From Camelus ferus (taxonomy: Eukaryota), in assembly GCF_009834535.1 (NCBI RefSeq), contig NC_045716.1:18972001-19036000 (forward strand): 64,000 bases of DNA, written 5' to 3'. The notes under the pieces were generated by a model. That model was not told the origin of the DNA, made no database searches, and was given only the letters and a program-made list of their open reading frames with translations. Positions 62,160 to 64,000 of the stretch are shown one piece after another (position 1 is the stretch's first letter; each line of letters starts with the position of its first letter). The position numbers were made by a program, and so were the translations under genes.

Positions 62160-62400
62160 AGTTAATTTGTAACTATTAGTAATAGGCAGCTCTCCAGAAA
62201 TTCCGCAATTGCATATTGAAATAGGAAAACCCCAGGTCACCTGGGTAGGAAATGATTAATGGGGTGAAAACTTTTCCCGACCATTAAAACAAGATCCTGC
62301 CACTTGCCTGTAAGTGAAAGTTTAAACAAACCTCCTTTCTCGATCAGAAAAACCAAAGTCAATATCTGATTACAGCAAAATTCAAGGTCATTCTGCTGAA
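62160..62400. promoter_or_regulatory. Candidate hepatocyte enhancer (HNF1/C-EBP/FOXA/NR5A2-like motif cluster)
   Basis: GTTAATTTGTAAC at 62161, ATTCCGCAAT at 62200, TAAACAAA at 62323, CAAAGTCAATA at about 62354, TCAAGGTCA at 62382. Confidence 0.4.
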
Positions 62401-64000
62401 TTCTTTTGGGTACACAAAACTCCAAAAGAGCAGCAGCCCAGGTGAATGACCCACAAGTGTCCTGACTCAGAATCCAACTGCCTGGGGGTGCTTTCTGTAA
62501 AGTGCTTCTCAAGGTGTTAAATCACCAGGAATCACAGTTGCTACATTAACTTTGCACAAACCTGCACTGCCTGTAAATCGTTGTCATGCACAGTGTCTCA
62601 TCTAATCCTTGCAAAACTCAATGAGGTGAATATTAGTCTTCTACTTAGCAGAGGAGAAAACTGAGGCCCAGATAATTTAAGTACACTTTCCTAAATCTTA
62701 GGGTGAGTGTGTATCACTGGGAAGGTTTACAGCTGGTCTCAGGAATCTCAGTCTGTGCTCTGGAGCGAGGTGTGAAGATGAGAAACAAGGTTGGGCATTG
62801 TGGGTGGAAAGGTGGAGGGAGAGGTACATGGGGCAAGTGCCTGATCATCTAGGAATATGCTGTCCCCAGACAGGGACAAGCTTTACCAGCCTTCTCTATG
62901 CCTGGGAAGGTAAAATCAGTGGCAGAGAACCTCCAGGTCTGGGAGTGATCAAAGTTATGATGTAGTTCAAATCCCTCATTTTTCTGGATGTGGAATCTCA
63001 GTCCCAGAGAAACTAAATGTCTTGCAGACTTATGCAGCGAACTGGTGACAAAGCTGGGATTGTTACCCAGTGTTCTGGATCTTACAGGAATTTCTACTTC
63101 GACCCCGAGTGCTCTTCCAGCTACATTCTCTCTCCTTTTGACTCCATAGAAATGTGTTTACAGTGAAAGATGACTGGGCGTTCCTTAGATAAGCGATCTG
63201 ATATTAACAATTGCCACTATTCATCCAGCATCTGCGACATGCCAAGTTCTGTGCTAGATCTTTTACATACATTATTTTTAATCTTCACAAGGACTCTGCA
63301 GAGTATATATTATTATCTCTGTGAGGAGATGGAGGCCAGGGATGCGGAGGGACTTGCCAAGACAAAACTGAGTTTACGTTCTTTCCTCTGTGCAGTACAG
63401 CCTCTGTAATAATTTCTCTCTTGTCCCAGAAAACAGAAATGTCTGAACTTTTTTTTATACGGTCAAGTATCATTTTGGGACGATCATAAAATTCACATTG
63501 TTTATTCCTAGAACAATATCTGATTAAAAAAGTGAGATAAGGGAGATGACTCAGTTATCGCTTTTAAACAGAGTTCTTTGAAGTCTTGATTAACAAGTTT
63601 TTTTTTTTTTATTGCGAAGGAAAACCAACAATAAAAAAACAGTGTAGTTCAAGTCATACGCTTAAGTAATTTTTTTAGAAGAGAAAGGGTTTTTCTTTTT
63701 TTTAAACCCTTGTTCGTCTAGGGTGCTAGGGACAGAGCTCTAGAGGTTCTTTTGTATTAATTAGTTCTTCCCTCAACTTCTAATACCTTTAGGAGCGCTA
63801 ACGGCATTCATCATCTATACCTTAGTTATTTTGATACATCTGCTTTCTGCTTAGCACCTGTGATGTGCCTTCCAAATTAAAAAAAAAAAAGCATTTTTTT
63901 AAACGTGGAAAACTTTAAGGAAATGGAGAGGCCTGAGTGTCCATGCCTCCAAGGAGGGAGCTGGACCACAGATGGGCAGCATGGAATTGCTCGGTACTTG

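Noticed and set aside
43600-64000. CRP or another pentraxin gene expected by synteny
   Set aside because: No pentraxin-like signal exon or HxCxS/TWxS coding sequence seen; CRP presumably lies beyond the right end.

Overview
Mammalian genomic DNA, most likely a camelid: ten copies of a tRNA-Ala-derived Vic-1-type SINE are present. The window is syntenic with human 1q23 (CRP-DUSP23-FCRL6-SLAMF8), with all three visible genes on the minus strand. SLAMF8 is represented only by its first coding exon (1146-1185). FCRL6 is complete (9 usable coding exons, 22713 to 8304, 415 aa). DUSP23 is complete (43128 to 41755, 150 aa). The rest is intronic/intergenic DNA rich in SINEs, L1/L2/MIR fragments, ERV/MaLR LTRs and DNA-transposon fossils, with two assembly gaps. 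Main observations: (1) the 66-nt FCRL6 exon that carries the membrane-proximal tyrosine motif in human has lost both splice sites and its tyrosine, while a distal ITIM-type tyrosine is present; (2) DUSP23 has Phe instead of Ala next to the catalytic Cys; (3) there are candidate regulatory modules (SLAMF8 kB/IRF-Ets promoter, CTCF pair, liver-type motif cluster on the CRP side). Gene and repeat-family names come from recalled homology, not from a database search. Repeat boundaries without target-site duplications (TSDs) are approximate. No prokaryote-type system or new gene family was found.
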